Positions 10,464 to 20,255 of a stretch of 64,000 nt of DNA are shown one piece after another (the stretch's first letter is position 1; every line of letters begins with the position of its first letter). The stretch lies in assembly GCA_046497075.1 (NCBI GenBank), contig JAWOGF010000059.1, forward strand, positions 3,040 to 67,039. The letters run 5' to 3'. The DNA is from Candidatus Saliniplasma sp. (GTDB taxonomy: Archaea > Thermoplasmatota > Thermoplasmata > Halarchaeoplasmatales > Halarchaeoplasmataceae). Under the pieces are notes generated by a model, which worked only from the letters and a program-made list of their open reading frames with translations, had not been told where the DNA came from and did no database searches. The translations under genes and the position numbers were made by a program.

Positions 10464-11015
10464 ATGGAAGACTATGCTTACGTATTGGATTATCTAGCAG
10501 AAGGGAGACCCGACCAAGGCGGATACAAACACGAAAGTTTGACCCTCGCACTGGGCGAGGATGAGTTAAAACTCTTTGAACTCATATTGAAAGAGGATAA
10601 AACAGTGATCATCGGTGAGCGATTGTATATCGGAAAGGACGTCGATAAAAGAGAAAAAGTAAAGCATGTAAAGAGGAGGATAGGTTGGGACGAGCTAACA
10701 CATGCGGCACAGAGTGAAGTGCCATACGTCATAGAAGAGATCATCGATAATGATGAAGAAAAATTTATAGAGTTCTATAATGTTGCAAGACCTATTACTA
10801 AAAGGTACCATATGCTTGAATTGTTACCGGGTCTAGGACAAAAAAAGATGAACGCGATCTTAGACGAGCGAAGGGAGAACGGTGAATTTAAGAGTTTTGA
10901 AGACCTTGAAGAGAGAGTGCCCTTATTACATAAACCCAAAAAACTGATCAAGGAAAGAATACTTACAGAATTGAAGGAAACAGATATTAAATATAAAGTG
11001 TGGGTAGCAGATTAA
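10464..11015 (+). CDS. DUF655-family protein (conserved archaeal RNA-binding protein, HhH-containing)
   Basis: The N-terminus YAYVLDYLAEGRPDQGG is characteristic of DUF655. The gene follows rpoF, as in many archaea. Confidence 0.6.
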   Translation: MEDYAYVLDYLAEGRPDQGGYKHESLTLALGEDELKLFELILKEDKTVIIGERLYIGKDVDKREKVKHVKRRIGWDELTHAAQSEVPYVIEEIIDNDEEKFIEFYNVARPITKRYHMLELLPGLGQKKMNAILDERRENGEFKSFEDLEERVPLLHKPKKLIKERILTELKETDIKYKVWVAD

Positions 11016-11016
11016 G

Positions 11017-11181
11017 ATGTATTTTGATGAATCTGATGAAGAGGATATCGCTGAAGTGGAAGAATCAGACAAATTTATGACGGTTTTCTTTGTGTTTGAC
11101 TCAGTCCTAGAAAATAGCGAGATGCAGACCAATGCCGCCTTAGAACTGTTCAAAAAGATCCAATCAGAGAGTCTGACTTAG
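11017..11181 (+). CDS. Small acidic hypothetical protein (54 aa)
   Basis: The ORF is not in the track because it is under 60 aa. It translates to MYFDESDEEDIAEVEESDKFMTVFFVFDSVLENSEMQTNAALELFKKIQSESLT. It starts 2 nt after the DUF655 stop. There is no homology signal. Confidence 0.2.
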   Translation: MYFDESDEEDIAEVEESDKFMTVFFVFDSVLENSEMQTNAALELFKKIQSESLT

Positions 11182-11377
11182 TTTCTTGTCTCTTACTTAC
11201 GGGAAATTGGATATGGACCGGAATATTTTTATACTTTTAGAACGCTTTATGTGTTTGTCCGACGTATAGAAATTATATGTCGGACGTTATATCCCTTGGG
11301 ATGGGATCAATCATGCACTCTGATCAGGAAAAAAGCAAGGTTAAATCAAGCCCAGTTATCCACTGGAGGAAGATATT

Positions 11378-14300
11378 TTGTATCTAAAACAAGTTATGAT
11401 GGAGAATTTTAAATCGTTCGGGAAGAAGATGGAAATACCCATAAAACAGGGGTATACAAATATCACTGGTCCGAATGGCTCTGGCAAATCCAATATAGGT
11501 GATGCCATACTATTCGTTTTAGGGCCAAAGAGCTCTAAAGAGATACGGGCGGGACGTCTGACGGATCTGATTTTTAACGGGGGTAAGGATGGTAAACCAG
11601 CGGATTTTTGTAGGGTCAGTTTGACTTTTGAGAATGAGGATAAAACCATCCCCATGAACGAGGATGAGATAACTTTTACAAGGAAAGTCCAAAAATCTGA
11701 TAACCAGCAGGGTTACAATTCATACTTTTACATCAACGGAAGATCCTCCTCTTTGACCGAATTTCAAGATCTTCTAGCCCACGCTCGGATATCTCCCGAC
11801 GGGTACAACATAGTCCAGCAAGGAGATATCTCTAGGATAGTCAAGATGAGCGATTTTGAGAGAAGAAAGATATTGGATGATATAGCCGGTATCACCCAAT
11901 ACGATAGTGAGATAGAAGAGGCTGAAGAGAAAAAAGAAGATGTCATGGACGACCTAGATCGCATAAATATAATCCTGGACGAGATCCAGACACAGGTAGA
12001 CGAACTAGAGAATGATAGGACTGAGGCACTAAAATTTCAGGAACTGTCTGACAAAGTGAAAGAAGCTAAATCTATGAAGGCCTGGAAAACCTACAAGGAA
12101 ACGGAGAAGGAAGTCTCGAATGTCAGAAGTGATATCGATGAGAATAAAGACAGGATCGACAAGATAAAGGATAAAAAGAAGCAGGTCCGAGAAAAGGTAT
12201 CAACGTTAGTTGAGGATATCGAAGACCTAGAGGAGGAGATAGACGAGAAGACGGGTGAGAAGAGTTCAGACCTTCAAGAAACAATCAATGAACTAAAGCT
12301 TGCGATAGCTAGGGCTGAAGATGAAAACGAAGATGCGGAGCATGCGATAGAAACTAACAGAGAAAGGAGAGAGCAGTTCAAAGATGAGATATCTGAGGGT
12401 AAAGAGAGACTTTCCGAATTGAAGAAAGGTATTAGAGAAGTTAAAGATAATAAAACCGAAACGCAAGAAGAATTGGAAGAAGTACAGGAAGAAATTGAAG
12501 AAGTTAAAGACAAACAGACGGAATCCGACGATAGGATAAGTGATCTGAGGAAGGAAGGGATCCGTGTAAAAAATAAGATAGACGAAAAAAACGATAGTCT
12601 TGCCGATAAAAAAGTAGAATTGGATAGGAACAGAGATAAGATAGATCGATTGGTAGAGGAGATATCGGAGATCGAAGAAGAGAAAGAGACCTTGGAGTTT
12701 GAGAAGAAGGAAAGCGAATGGACCCTTAAAGAACTGAAATCGGATAACAAGGATGTTCAAGGTGAACTCAAAGAGTTGAAGGATGAATTCCACGATAAAA
12801 AGCGTAAAGAGAAAAGGCTTAGAGAAGATAAAAGTGATCTAGAAGATAGAGTGAACCGGTTAGAAAGGGAATATAATCAATTGAAGGCTCAAAAAGAAGC
12901 GGCCAAGAATGTGAAGAAAGGGTACAGTAGAGCTGTATCTACGATACTTGAAAGCAGAGATAGAGGGGACATAGATGGTATCCACGGAACGATCGCAGAA
13001 TTGGCAGACGTGGATGGAAAATACGAAACGGCTCTACAGGTCGCAGCCGGCGGACGGATGCAGTCTATAGTTGTTGAAAACGATAAAGTCGCTTCAAGGG
13101 CTATCAAACATCTTAAACAGAATGATGCCGGTAGAGCAACGTTTTTACCTTTGAATAAGATGAGGAAGGGGCGTCCAAGAGGAAAAGCCATCAGAGCGGT
13201 GAAAGATGATAGCGCAGTAGATTTCGCCTTGGAACTTGTAGATTTCGATGATGAATACGAAAACGTTTTCTGGTACGTGTTCCAGGACACAGTTGTGATG
13301 GAAGACATAGATTCGGCTCGTGAGATGATGGGAGGTGTCAGGATGGTGACCCTCGACGGCGAGAAGATCGAGAGGAGCGGTGCCATGGTCGGTGGAACGT
13401 TGAGTAAGAAGATGATGAGCTTTTCTGCTCCCGATAGGGGTAAATTGGATAGAGTTGGAACGGAACTCAAGACTACTCGAGAGAACCTCAAGAAGGTCAC
13501 ATCCGAGTTGAAAGACGTACAGAGTAGGATAGACGAGATACAAGACAAGATGGGGGAATTGAGGTCTAAAGGGGACAAAACAGAGAAGATCGATACTTTA
13601 GAAGCTAAAGTCAAAAGGACCAAAGAGAAGATCCATCGAAAATCTAAAGCTTTAGAGGAAAAGGAAGATGAAAAATCCGAATCCGAAGAAAAGGTCAGTA
13701 AATTGGAAAGATCCATAGAGCATATCGAAAGTGAGATAGATCAACTCAAATCTAAAAGAAAAGAGATAGCTGAAAACATCAAAGAAGTGAGTCCACAGGA
13801 ATTATCGACATCCCTTACCAATCTTCAGGATAAAGAAGTGGACCTAGATAAGAAATTAAATAAACTCGAATCTGAACTAGAGAGGAAGATCGATAAAAAA
13901 GAGAGATTAGAAGAAAATATAGAGTCCATGAAAACAAGAAGGGAAGAGTTTAAGGAAGAGATCGAGGAAAAAAGGTCCACCATAAAGAAGAACGAACAAA
14001 GGATCGATTCAAAACGGAATGAACTCAAAGGATACGAAGAAAGGCGGTCTTCGTTCTCAGACGATATCAAAGAACTAAGAGAGGAGTTAGACGAGAAGAA
14101 GGAAAAGAAGATAGAGTTGAAACATAAACTGGAAAGTCTCGACAGTGAACTGGAAGCAAAAAAGCAATATATCCGAACTCAAAAACAGAAAATAGATTCA
14201 CTGGAAGACACCTTAGATGATCTTAAAGAGGAGATCGGGAAAGAGGAGGATTACGGAGATGAAGAACTCCCGTCGATGAAGGAATTGAAGAACACCATCA

Positions 14301-14983
14301 GACGGGGAGAAAATCAGATGGAAGAGCTGCAGCCAGTCAATATGAGGGCATTAAAAGATTACGAGAAAAAGAAGGAAAGGATGGATGAGCTAAAAGAGAA
14401 ATACACTGAATTGGAAAACAGGAAAGAAGAACTCAATAAGCTTATCGATCAACTCGATGAGAAGAAGAAAGTAGGCCTGATGGATGTCAAAGAAGAGATA
14501 AATGAGAATTTCAAGGAAGTCTATAAGGAGTTATCTGAAGGAGGGGAAGCTCATATAGAACTCGAAAGTATAGAATCCCCCTTCGAAGGAGGTTTGATCG
14601 TAAAAGTGAGACCGCCAGGTAAAACGGTTCACAGGATCGACGCACTCTCCGGCGGTGAAAAAAGTCTGGTATCCATGGCATTTATCTTCGCGATCCAGCG
14701 GTACGACCCATCCCCATTTTATCTGCTTGATGAGATCGACCAGAACCTTGACGGCGTCAACGCAGAGAATGTAGCCCAGATGATTAACAAGAATTCAAAA
14801 TTTGCACAGTTCATACAGGTCTCTCTCAGGAAGGTCACTTTGAAGAAATCTGATCATATAATCGGCGTCACTATGCAGGATGACGGGATCTCTGATGTGA
14901 TCATGAAAGTCAACATCGGTGAGACCAAAAGCGGGGATCTACCTGAACTATCAGGTATGAGTAAACTGAAGACGGAGGTGTGA
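11378..14983 (+). CDS. smc: Chromosome segregation ATPase SMC
   Basis: The N-terminal Walker A is ITGPNGSGKSNIGDAIL. A long coiled coil follows, then a hinge (IHGTIAELADVDGKYETALQVAAGGRMQ). The C-terminus has the signature LSGGEKSLVSMAFIFA and the Walker B LLDEID. The antisense ORFs inside it are low-complexity artefacts. Confidence 0.9.
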   Translation: MYLKQVMMENFKSFGKKMEIPIKQGYTNITGPNGSGKSNIGDAILFVLGPKSSKEIRAGRLTDLIFNGGKDGKPADFCRVSLTFENEDKTIPMNEDEITFTRKVQKSDNQQGYNSYFYINGRSSSLTEFQDLLAHARISPDGYNIVQQGDISRIVKMSDFERRKILDDIAGITQYDSEIEEAEEKKEDVMDDLDRINIILDEIQTQVDELENDRTEALKFQELSDKVKEAKSMKAWKTYKETEKEVSNVRSDIDENKDRIDKIKDKKKQVREKVSTLVEDIEDLEEEIDEKTGEKSSDLQETINELKLAIARAEDENEDAEHAIETNRERREQFKDEISEGKERLSELKKGIREVKDNKTETQEELEEVQEEIEEVKDKQTESDDRISDLRKEGIRVKNKIDEKNDSLADKKVELDRNRDKIDRLVEEISEIEEEKETLEFEKKESEWTLKELKSDNKDVQGELKELKDEFHDKKRKEKRLREDKSDLEDRVNRLEREYNQLKAQKEAAKNVKKGYSRAVSTILESRDRGDIDGIHGTIAELADVDGKYETALQVAAGGRMQSIVVENDKVASRAIKHLKQNDAGRATFLPLNKMRKGRPRGKAIRAVKDDSAVDFALELVDFDDEYENVFWYVFQDTVVMEDIDSAREMMGGVRMVTLDGEKIERSGAMVGGTLSKKMMSFSAPDRGKLDRVGTELKTTRENLKKVTSELKDVQSRIDEIQDKMGELRSKGDKTEKIDTLEAKVKRTKEKIHRKSKALEEKEDEKSESEEKVSKLERSIEHIESEIDQLKSKRKEIAENIKEVSPQELSTSLTNLQDKEVDLDKKLNKLESELERKIDKKERLEENIESMKTRREEFKEEIEEKRSTIKKNEQRIDSKRNELKGYEERRSSFSDDIKELREELDEKKEKKIELKHKLESLDSELEAKKQYIRTQKQKIDSLEDTLDDLKEEIGKEEDYGDEELPSMKELKNTIRRGENQMEELQPVNMRALKDYEKKKERMDELKEKYTELENRKEELNKLIDQLDEKKKVGLMDVKEEINENFKEVYKELSEGGEAHIELESIESPFEGGLIVKVRPPGKTVHRIDALSGGEKSLVSMAFIFAIQRYDPSPFYLLDEIDQNLDGVNAENVAQMINKNSKFAQFIQVSLRKVTLKKSDHIIGVTMQDDGISDVIMKVNIGETKSGDLPELSGMSKLKTEV

Positions 14984-14986
14984 ATT

Positions 14987-15982
14987 ATGGTATGCGATGT
15001 TAAAAAACCAGTAGATGTATCTAGTGATGTCAAAAAGGAAGTTGTAGATCATCTAGTATTCCATAAATCTATAATCGATGAGCAGAGAGACGGTGAACGT
15101 ATCAACGACTATCTCGAGATGGTTGAAGGTATGAACGGTGGGTATCAGATATCGAACGATCCTTTCGAAAATGCCATCGCTTCGATATTCAAATTGGTGA
15201 TAGATGAGAATATGGATCCATGGAATATCGACCTTGTTTCATTCACAACCATGTACCTCGAACAGGCTCAAAATAAGGAATCTATAGATTTCATCGTTGC
15301 AGGCCAGTTGGTGAATATGGCCTGGTCGATACTGAAGATGCAGTGTGAAGAAACGCTGGCCTCCGCTGAAGATGGAGGTGAGGAAGTGGTCGAGGATGAG
15401 TTCATCTCACAGTGGGAGTGTTTTGATTATGACATGTATGAAGAGCCAGAAGACTTAGATTATGAGGAAGAAGTGCTCGAGGACGAAGAACCGATCTTGG
15501 AAAAAGCGGTAAGAAGAGAGGAAAAAAAACCCGTTTCACTGATCCAATTGGTCGAAGCTTTTGAAGAAGCGAGAAAAGAAGCAAAGTATCGAGAGAAGAT
15601 GGAACGGTTGAGAAAAGAGAACAAAAAGGAAAGGGAAGAAAAAGAGGCACAGAGAAAAGAGAACTACGAAACTAAAGCCCACAAGGAAGACATATACAAA
15701 GACATAGCAGTCATATGGGAGAGGATATGCTGGTACCAAACCGATGAACTCGATTTTGATATGATACATGATAATAGGTTATCAGACCTTGTTACAGCCT
15801 TCATATCTTCACTGTTCTTACATAAGAAAAAGAAGATCAAGATGGAACAGGATTACTATCCCGATGGCCCTATAAAAATAGAAAATCTAGTCCCAGAAGA
15901 TGAAAGGAAAGATGGGATACTAAAATATATATCCGAAAAAAATGAAGAAGGTGTAACCCTGGAACAGCTAGCTACCATCTGA
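14987..15982 (+). CDS. scpA: Segregation and condensation protein A (kleisin ScpA)
   Basis: It lies immediately downstream of smc. The N-terminal region DPWNIDLVSFTTMYLEQ...IVAGQLVNMAWSILKMQ matches the ScpA N-domain. It has an acidic middle and a winged-helix-like C-terminus. Confidence 0.6.
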   Translation: MVCDVKKPVDVSSDVKKEVVDHLVFHKSIIDEQRDGERINDYLEMVEGMNGGYQISNDPFENAIASIFKLVIDENMDPWNIDLVSFTTMYLEQAQNKESIDFIVAGQLVNMAWSILKMQCEETLASAEDGGEEVVEDEFISQWECFDYDMYEEPEDLDYEEEVLEDEEPILEKAVRREEKKPVSLIQLVEAFEEARKEAKYREKMERLRKENKKEREEKEAQRKENYETKAHKEDIYKDIAVIWERICWYQTDELDFDMIHDNRLSDLVTAFISSLFLHKKKKIKMEQDYYPDGPIKIENLVPEDERKDGILKYISEKNEEGVTLEQLATI

Positions 15983-15986
15983 AATT

Positions 15987-17747
15987 TCAGCTGGTATAGT
16001 AGTATTCCTCTTGAGATTTTTGTTTCTTATCCAACCTGGAATCTAATTTATTAACCCTTGGTCTGTTAGTGTCTGGATCTCTTCTGAACGTGATCTCTAT
16101 ATCTCTCAGGAAATTATTCATTCCATCCCGCATATCATAGGGTCCTTCTCCTATCCCGTGTACACCCGGTTCACCGGAGAAGTTCATGATCAGGTCCGAA
16201 ACGTAATCTATAAAGTACACGTCGTGGTCAACTATCATCCCGGCCTTGCTAGATTTTTCCATGAAGCGCCTGATCGTTTTAGCTGCGTCCATCCTTCGAC
16301 TCGAGTCCAGGTAAGCACTAGGTTCGTCGATCAGATATAGATCTGCGTCTCTACCCAAACATAATCCTATAACCACTCTCTGCAGTTCCCCTCCGCTCAG
16401 ATTGGTTATCTCTCTTTCATATAAGTCTTCTAAATCCAGTGGGGCGACCACTTGTGATTTGAACATGCTGGTGTTGAAACTATCACTAATTTCAGTATGG
16501 TAGAGATCCATGACTCTACCTTCAAAGCTTGGTTTTATATATTGCGGTTTATAGCTCACCGTGATGTTCTTTTCTATCTCACCTTCCGTAGGTTCGACTA
16601 CATCCGCTAACATCTTTACGAAGGTGGTTTTACCGGTGGCATTAGGTCCGACTATCCCTATAACTTCTCCTTTAGGTATCTCACCGGGTTCGGTCTCTAG
16701 TTCAAAACCGTCCCATTTTTTTACCAGCTTATCATATCTGATCAGGGGTTTCGAGTGCCATTGCCCCGCAGGCGTATGATCATGGAACTCGATAGCGGTA
16801 TTCCTAAATCTAACATTTTCCTCATCTAAAAAACCGTTCAGGTAAGTGTTGATAGCCTTTCTAACACCTCTAGGTTGTGCAACAACACCATAAGCACCTT
16901 TATCGCCGTAGATGATGTGGACGTTATCAGCTAGGAAATCAAGCACCGCTAGGTCGTGTTCGATAACCATGACCTGATTATCCTTGCTTTTGGCACGTAT
17001 GGCTTTCGCAACGCTGAGACGCTGTTTCATATCAAGGTATGAAGAGGGTTCGTCGTAGAAGTAGACGTCAGCTTCTTTAGTAGAGGCCGCAGCTATGGCA
17101 ACTCTCTGCAGCTCACCTCCCGATAGTTTTTTGAGAGTCGACCCTAACGTATGTTCTATACCCAGCATCTTCACCCAATGCATATATCCATCTCCGACCC
17201 CGTCTAGTAGGTCTTCCACTTTACCAGAATAATGAGCAGGGATATTGTCAACATACTGAGGTTTTAACGAAGTTTTTATCCCCTCTTCGGATAAGGATTT
17301 AAAATAATCTCCAAGACCCGTCCCGGAGTATCGGCTCAGAACTGCATCCCATGAAGGTTCGTCCTCATACTTACCCATGTTGGGTACTATCTCTCCGGAG
17401 AGGATCCGTATAGCGGTTGTTTTCCCGATACCATTACCGCCTAACAGACCGATAACCATCCCCTTTTGAGGGACCGGGAGTCTGTATAATCGGAATGAAT
17501 TTTCACCGAACTGATGTATCTTATCTTCATCTAGCTCTTCTGGAAGGTTGATTATCTTGATGGCGTCGAAAGGACATTTATCTACACATATACCACACCC
17601 GACACAGAGTTCTTCGGAGATCTTGATACCGTCCTCGGTCTTAACAATAGTTTCGTCTCCAGTCCTGACTCTAGGACAGTACTGTATACATTCATAACCA
17701 CATCTATCCGGTCTGCATTTATCCTCTAAGACGACAGCTATACGCAT
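15987..17747 (-). CDS. abcE1: ABCE1 / RNase L inhibitor (ribosome recycling ATPase)
   Basis: The N-terminus has the 4Fe-4S ferredoxin Cys pattern (CRPDRCGYECIQYCP, CVGCGICVDKCP). Two ABC cassettes follow (GLLGGNGIGKTT and GIVGPNATGKTT), each with an LSGGELQR signature. Confidence 0.9.
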   Translation of the reverse strand: MRIAVVLEDKCRPDRCGYECIQYCPRVRTGDETIVKTEDGIKISEELCVGCGICVDKCPFDAIKIINLPEELDEDKIHQFGENSFRLYRLPVPQKGMVIGLLGGNGIGKTTAIRILSGEIVPNMGKYEDEPSWDAVLSRYSGTGLGDYFKSLSEEGIKTSLKPQYVDNIPAHYSGKVEDLLDGVGDGYMHWVKMLGIEHTLGSTLKKLSGGELQRVAIAAASTKEADVYFYDEPSSYLDMKQRLSVAKAIRAKSKDNQVMVIEHDLAVLDFLADNVHIIYGDKGAYGVVAQPRGVRKAINTYLNGFLDEENVRFRNTAIEFHDHTPAGQWHSKPLIRYDKLVKKWDGFELETEPGEIPKGEVIGIVGPNATGKTTFVKMLADVVEPTEGEIEKNITVSYKPQYIKPSFEGRVMDLYHTEISDSFNTSMFKSQVVAPLDLEDLYEREITNLSGGELQRVVIGLCLGRDADLYLIDEPSAYLDSSRRMDAAKTIRRFMEKSSKAGMIVDHDVYFIDYVSDLIMNFSGEPGVHGIGEGPYDMRDGMNNFLRDIEITFRRDPDTNRPRVNKLDSRLDKKQKSQEEYYYTS

Positions 17748-17795
17748 CGTAAGGGGATTATGGTCGGTGGTATTTTAGTTTAGTGAATGAAAATT

Positions 17796-19097
17796 TCATA
17801 ACCCCACGCCGATATAGATGAAGTCATCGGTGAGGTCGGCAGGATCTAACAATCTTCTAGCGTCGACTATGACCTTACCTTTCATCGGTTTGAAATCCTG
17901 AGCTGTTAGCTCTTTGAACTCATCCCAATCACTCTGTATGATGCATATGTCAGCATTTTGTAACGCCTCTGCTACATCATCGGCATATTGGATCCTCCCT
18001 GATAATAGTTCTTTGAAATTATCCGTTGCCTCAGGGTCGTATCCGATCACATCCGAATCCAGTTCCAAAAGTTTTTCTACCATAGGTAAAGCACGTGTTT
18101 CCCGGACATCATCTGTCCCTCCCTTGAACGCTAGACCTAAAAAGGCGACTTTTTTATCTTCAAGACCACCGCTGATCTTCTCTAATCGGTTTATGATATG
18201 GACCGGCTGTTCTTCGTTGATTGAAAGGACGGAGTTCAATAAATTGGCTTCAAGATCGCTATCTTCAGCAAATCGGACCAAAGCTTTGACATCTTTTGGA
18301 AAACAACTTCCGCCGAATCCAGCTCCAGCGTTTAGGAAATCCCTGTTGATCCTATGGTCCATTCCCACTCCGTCCATGACACCGTAAACATCGATGCCGA
18401 TACTTTCACAGATACGGGATATCTCATTAGCGAATGATATCTTCGTAGCTAAAAGAGCATTGGATGTATACTTTATCATCTCAGCGGTTTTGATATCAGT
18501 TTCGAGTTTAGGGGCTTCAAATTCATCATATGCTTTTGAAAGGAAGTCAAGTGTCTTTTCATCCCATCCGCCTAAAACTATCCTATCGGGATTTAAGAAA
18601 TCTTCTAATGCGATCCCTTCCCGTAGGAATTCCGGGTTCATGCCCAGACCGAAATCTTCACCCACGACTTTATCTGACCTCTCCAGGATCGGTAAAACCT
18701 TTTCTTCAGTCGTGCCTGGAACAACAGTACTTTTGACACAAAATACATGGTATTCATCTTTGACTTTTAAAGGTTGAATCATATCTTCGACTGCCTTTTC
18801 AACACCTGAGATGTCGACTCCACCATCTGTTCTCGAGGGGGTACCGACACAAATAAAAGTAAGATCAGTCTCCTTAACAGCTTTTTCAGTATCGGTGGTA
18901 GCACTTAATCTATCATCTGAAACAACGTCTTTAAGGAGTTCGTCCAATCCCTCTTCATAGATAGGTGGTTCTCCACGGTTGATCATCTCAACTTTCTCTT
19001 CTACGATATCAACACATATCACATCATGTCCTTTACTGGCGAACCCGACACCGCTCACTAGACCTACATATCCCGTTCCGATTATGCTGATCTTCAT
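17796..19097 (-). CDS. Nucleotide-sugar dehydrogenase (UDP-glucose / GDP-mannose 6-dehydrogenase family)
   Basis: The N-terminal Rossmann motif is MKISIIGTGYVGLVSGVGFA. A catalytic Cys region (GFGGSCFPKD) is present. The 433-aa length fits the family. Confidence 0.85.
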   Translation of the reverse strand: MKISIIGTGYVGLVSGVGFASKGHDVICVDIVEEKVEMINRGEPPIYEEGLDELLKDVVSDDRLSATTDTEKAVKETDLTFICVGTPSRTDGGVDISGVEKAVEDMIQPLKVKDEYHVFCVKSTVVPGTTEEKVLPILERSDKVVGEDFGLGMNPEFLREGIALEDFLNPDRIVLGGWDEKTLDFLSKAYDEFEAPKLETDIKTAEMIKYTSNALLATKISFANEISRICESIGIDVYGVMDGVGMDHRINRDFLNAGAGFGGSCFPKDVKALVRFAEDSDLEANLLNSVLSINEEQPVHIINRLEKISGGLEDKKVAFLGLAFKGGTDDVRETRALPMVEKLLELDSDVIGYDPEATDNFKELLSGRIQYADDVAEALQNADICIIQSDWDEFKELTAQDFKPMKGKVIVDARRLLDPADLTDDFIYIGVGL

Positions 19098-19139
19098 ATC
19101 TCCGGATTAGAATACCCTTTCATATTTCTTTTGTTTGAT

Positions 19140-19400
19140 CTATGTAAAAATTGAAAATCTAAAAGGGTGTATCATGATTCGATGTATCTGATACAGGCCC
19201 CTGATTATCTCTCTCCAGTCTAATCTCCCAAATAAAATCAATATCAGTAATATCAGGACGGCTATAAGTAAGAACATGATCATAAGACGTATAACATTCA
19301 GTGCGAAATCACCCATCTTATCGGCACCAAGGATATAGCTCAACCCGGCGACGATCAGAAGGAGAACTACCAGCCAAAAGAACAGTCCACATGGCGCCAT
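19140..19400 (-). CDS. Small two-helix membrane protein (hypothetical)
   Basis: It has two strongly hydrophobic segments. No conserved motif is recognisable. Confidence 0.3.
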   Translation of the reverse strand: MAPCGLFFWLVVLLLIVAGLSYILGADKMGDFALNVIRLMIMFLLIAVLILLILILFGRLDWREIIRGLYQIHRIMIHPFRFSIFT

Positions 19401-19627
19401 ATCTGTATAATATTATATGGGACTATAAAAATTTTTGTTTTCAGACCTTTCCTTTAATACATTTGCCTCAACTGTGGTGATATGAAAAGATTCGGGATAC
19501 TAAAAAAAAAGTCAACTATTGTTCTCCGGTGAAGTAAATATTACCGATAAGCAGTTGGGACAAAACACGTGTTCAAACCATAATATTATAAATAGTATCA
19601 AAGATTACAGAAGCAAAGTGATTTGTC

Positions 19628-20233
19628 ATGAAAGGAATCGAGTCCCTTGTAGAGGAAGCCATGGAGTATAAAAAGAATGGACTTAAAGAAAAGGAGATAG
19701 CTACCGAACTCAATCTTTCTGTAGATACGATCACCTGGCTTTTGACTAAGGATGTAAGAGAAGAGACACCTCCTACTGATGTAAAGATAGGGTGGAGATC
19801 GATAGGTGTTTTTGGTGGAAGGATAGGTCTACTCGCCACAATGTTTTCAGATATTATCTTAGAAGAGATGGAGTTGATGGAAGAAGATTTCGATACTGTA
19901 GTCGGTGTCGCTATAAACGGTATCCCATTGGCGACTTTGATATCCGAGGAGTTGAACAGAGAACTAGCGATATATCGACCACCCGGAGGAGACAGAAGAC
20001 GTGGAGGTGGTGCATTGAGTTCAAATTATGCCGGTGTAAATGGAAAGAAGGTCGTTGTAGTCGACGACGTGATCAGCACCGGAGAGACCATGGAAGGTGC
20101 TATCACTTTCTTAGAGAACGAGGGCGCTGAAGCTGTGTTATCTGTAGTGACCGTGAATAAAGATAGTCAAGATGAAGTCGTCGGGGTTCCTCTGAGAGCT
20201 CTAATACGAGCTAAACTGATAGGTAAAAAGTAG
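19628..20233 (+). CDS. HTH plus phosphoribosyltransferase-domain regulator (PyrE-like, GfcR-type)
   Basis: The N-terminal HTH is LKEKEIATELNLSVDTITWLL. The C-terminal PRTase motif is VVVVDDVISTGETM. Confidence 0.65.
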   Translation: MKGIESLVEEAMEYKKNGLKEKEIATELNLSVDTITWLLTKDVREETPPTDVKIGWRSIGVFGGRIGLLATMFSDIILEEMELMEEDFDTVVGVAINGIPLATLISEELNRELAIYRPPGGDRRRGGGALSSNYAGVNGKKVVVVDDVISTGETMEGAITFLENEGAEAVLSVVTVNKDSQDEVVGVPLRALIRAKLIGKK

Positions 20234-20255
20234 TTGAACTAGTGATAGTGATCTA

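Noticed and set aside
12274-13716. Several antisense ORFs (158, 166, 275, 132 aa) inside smc
   Set aside because: They are Ser/Leu/Phe-rich translations of the reverse strand of a Glu/Lys-rich coiled-coil gene. These are typical compositional artefacts.
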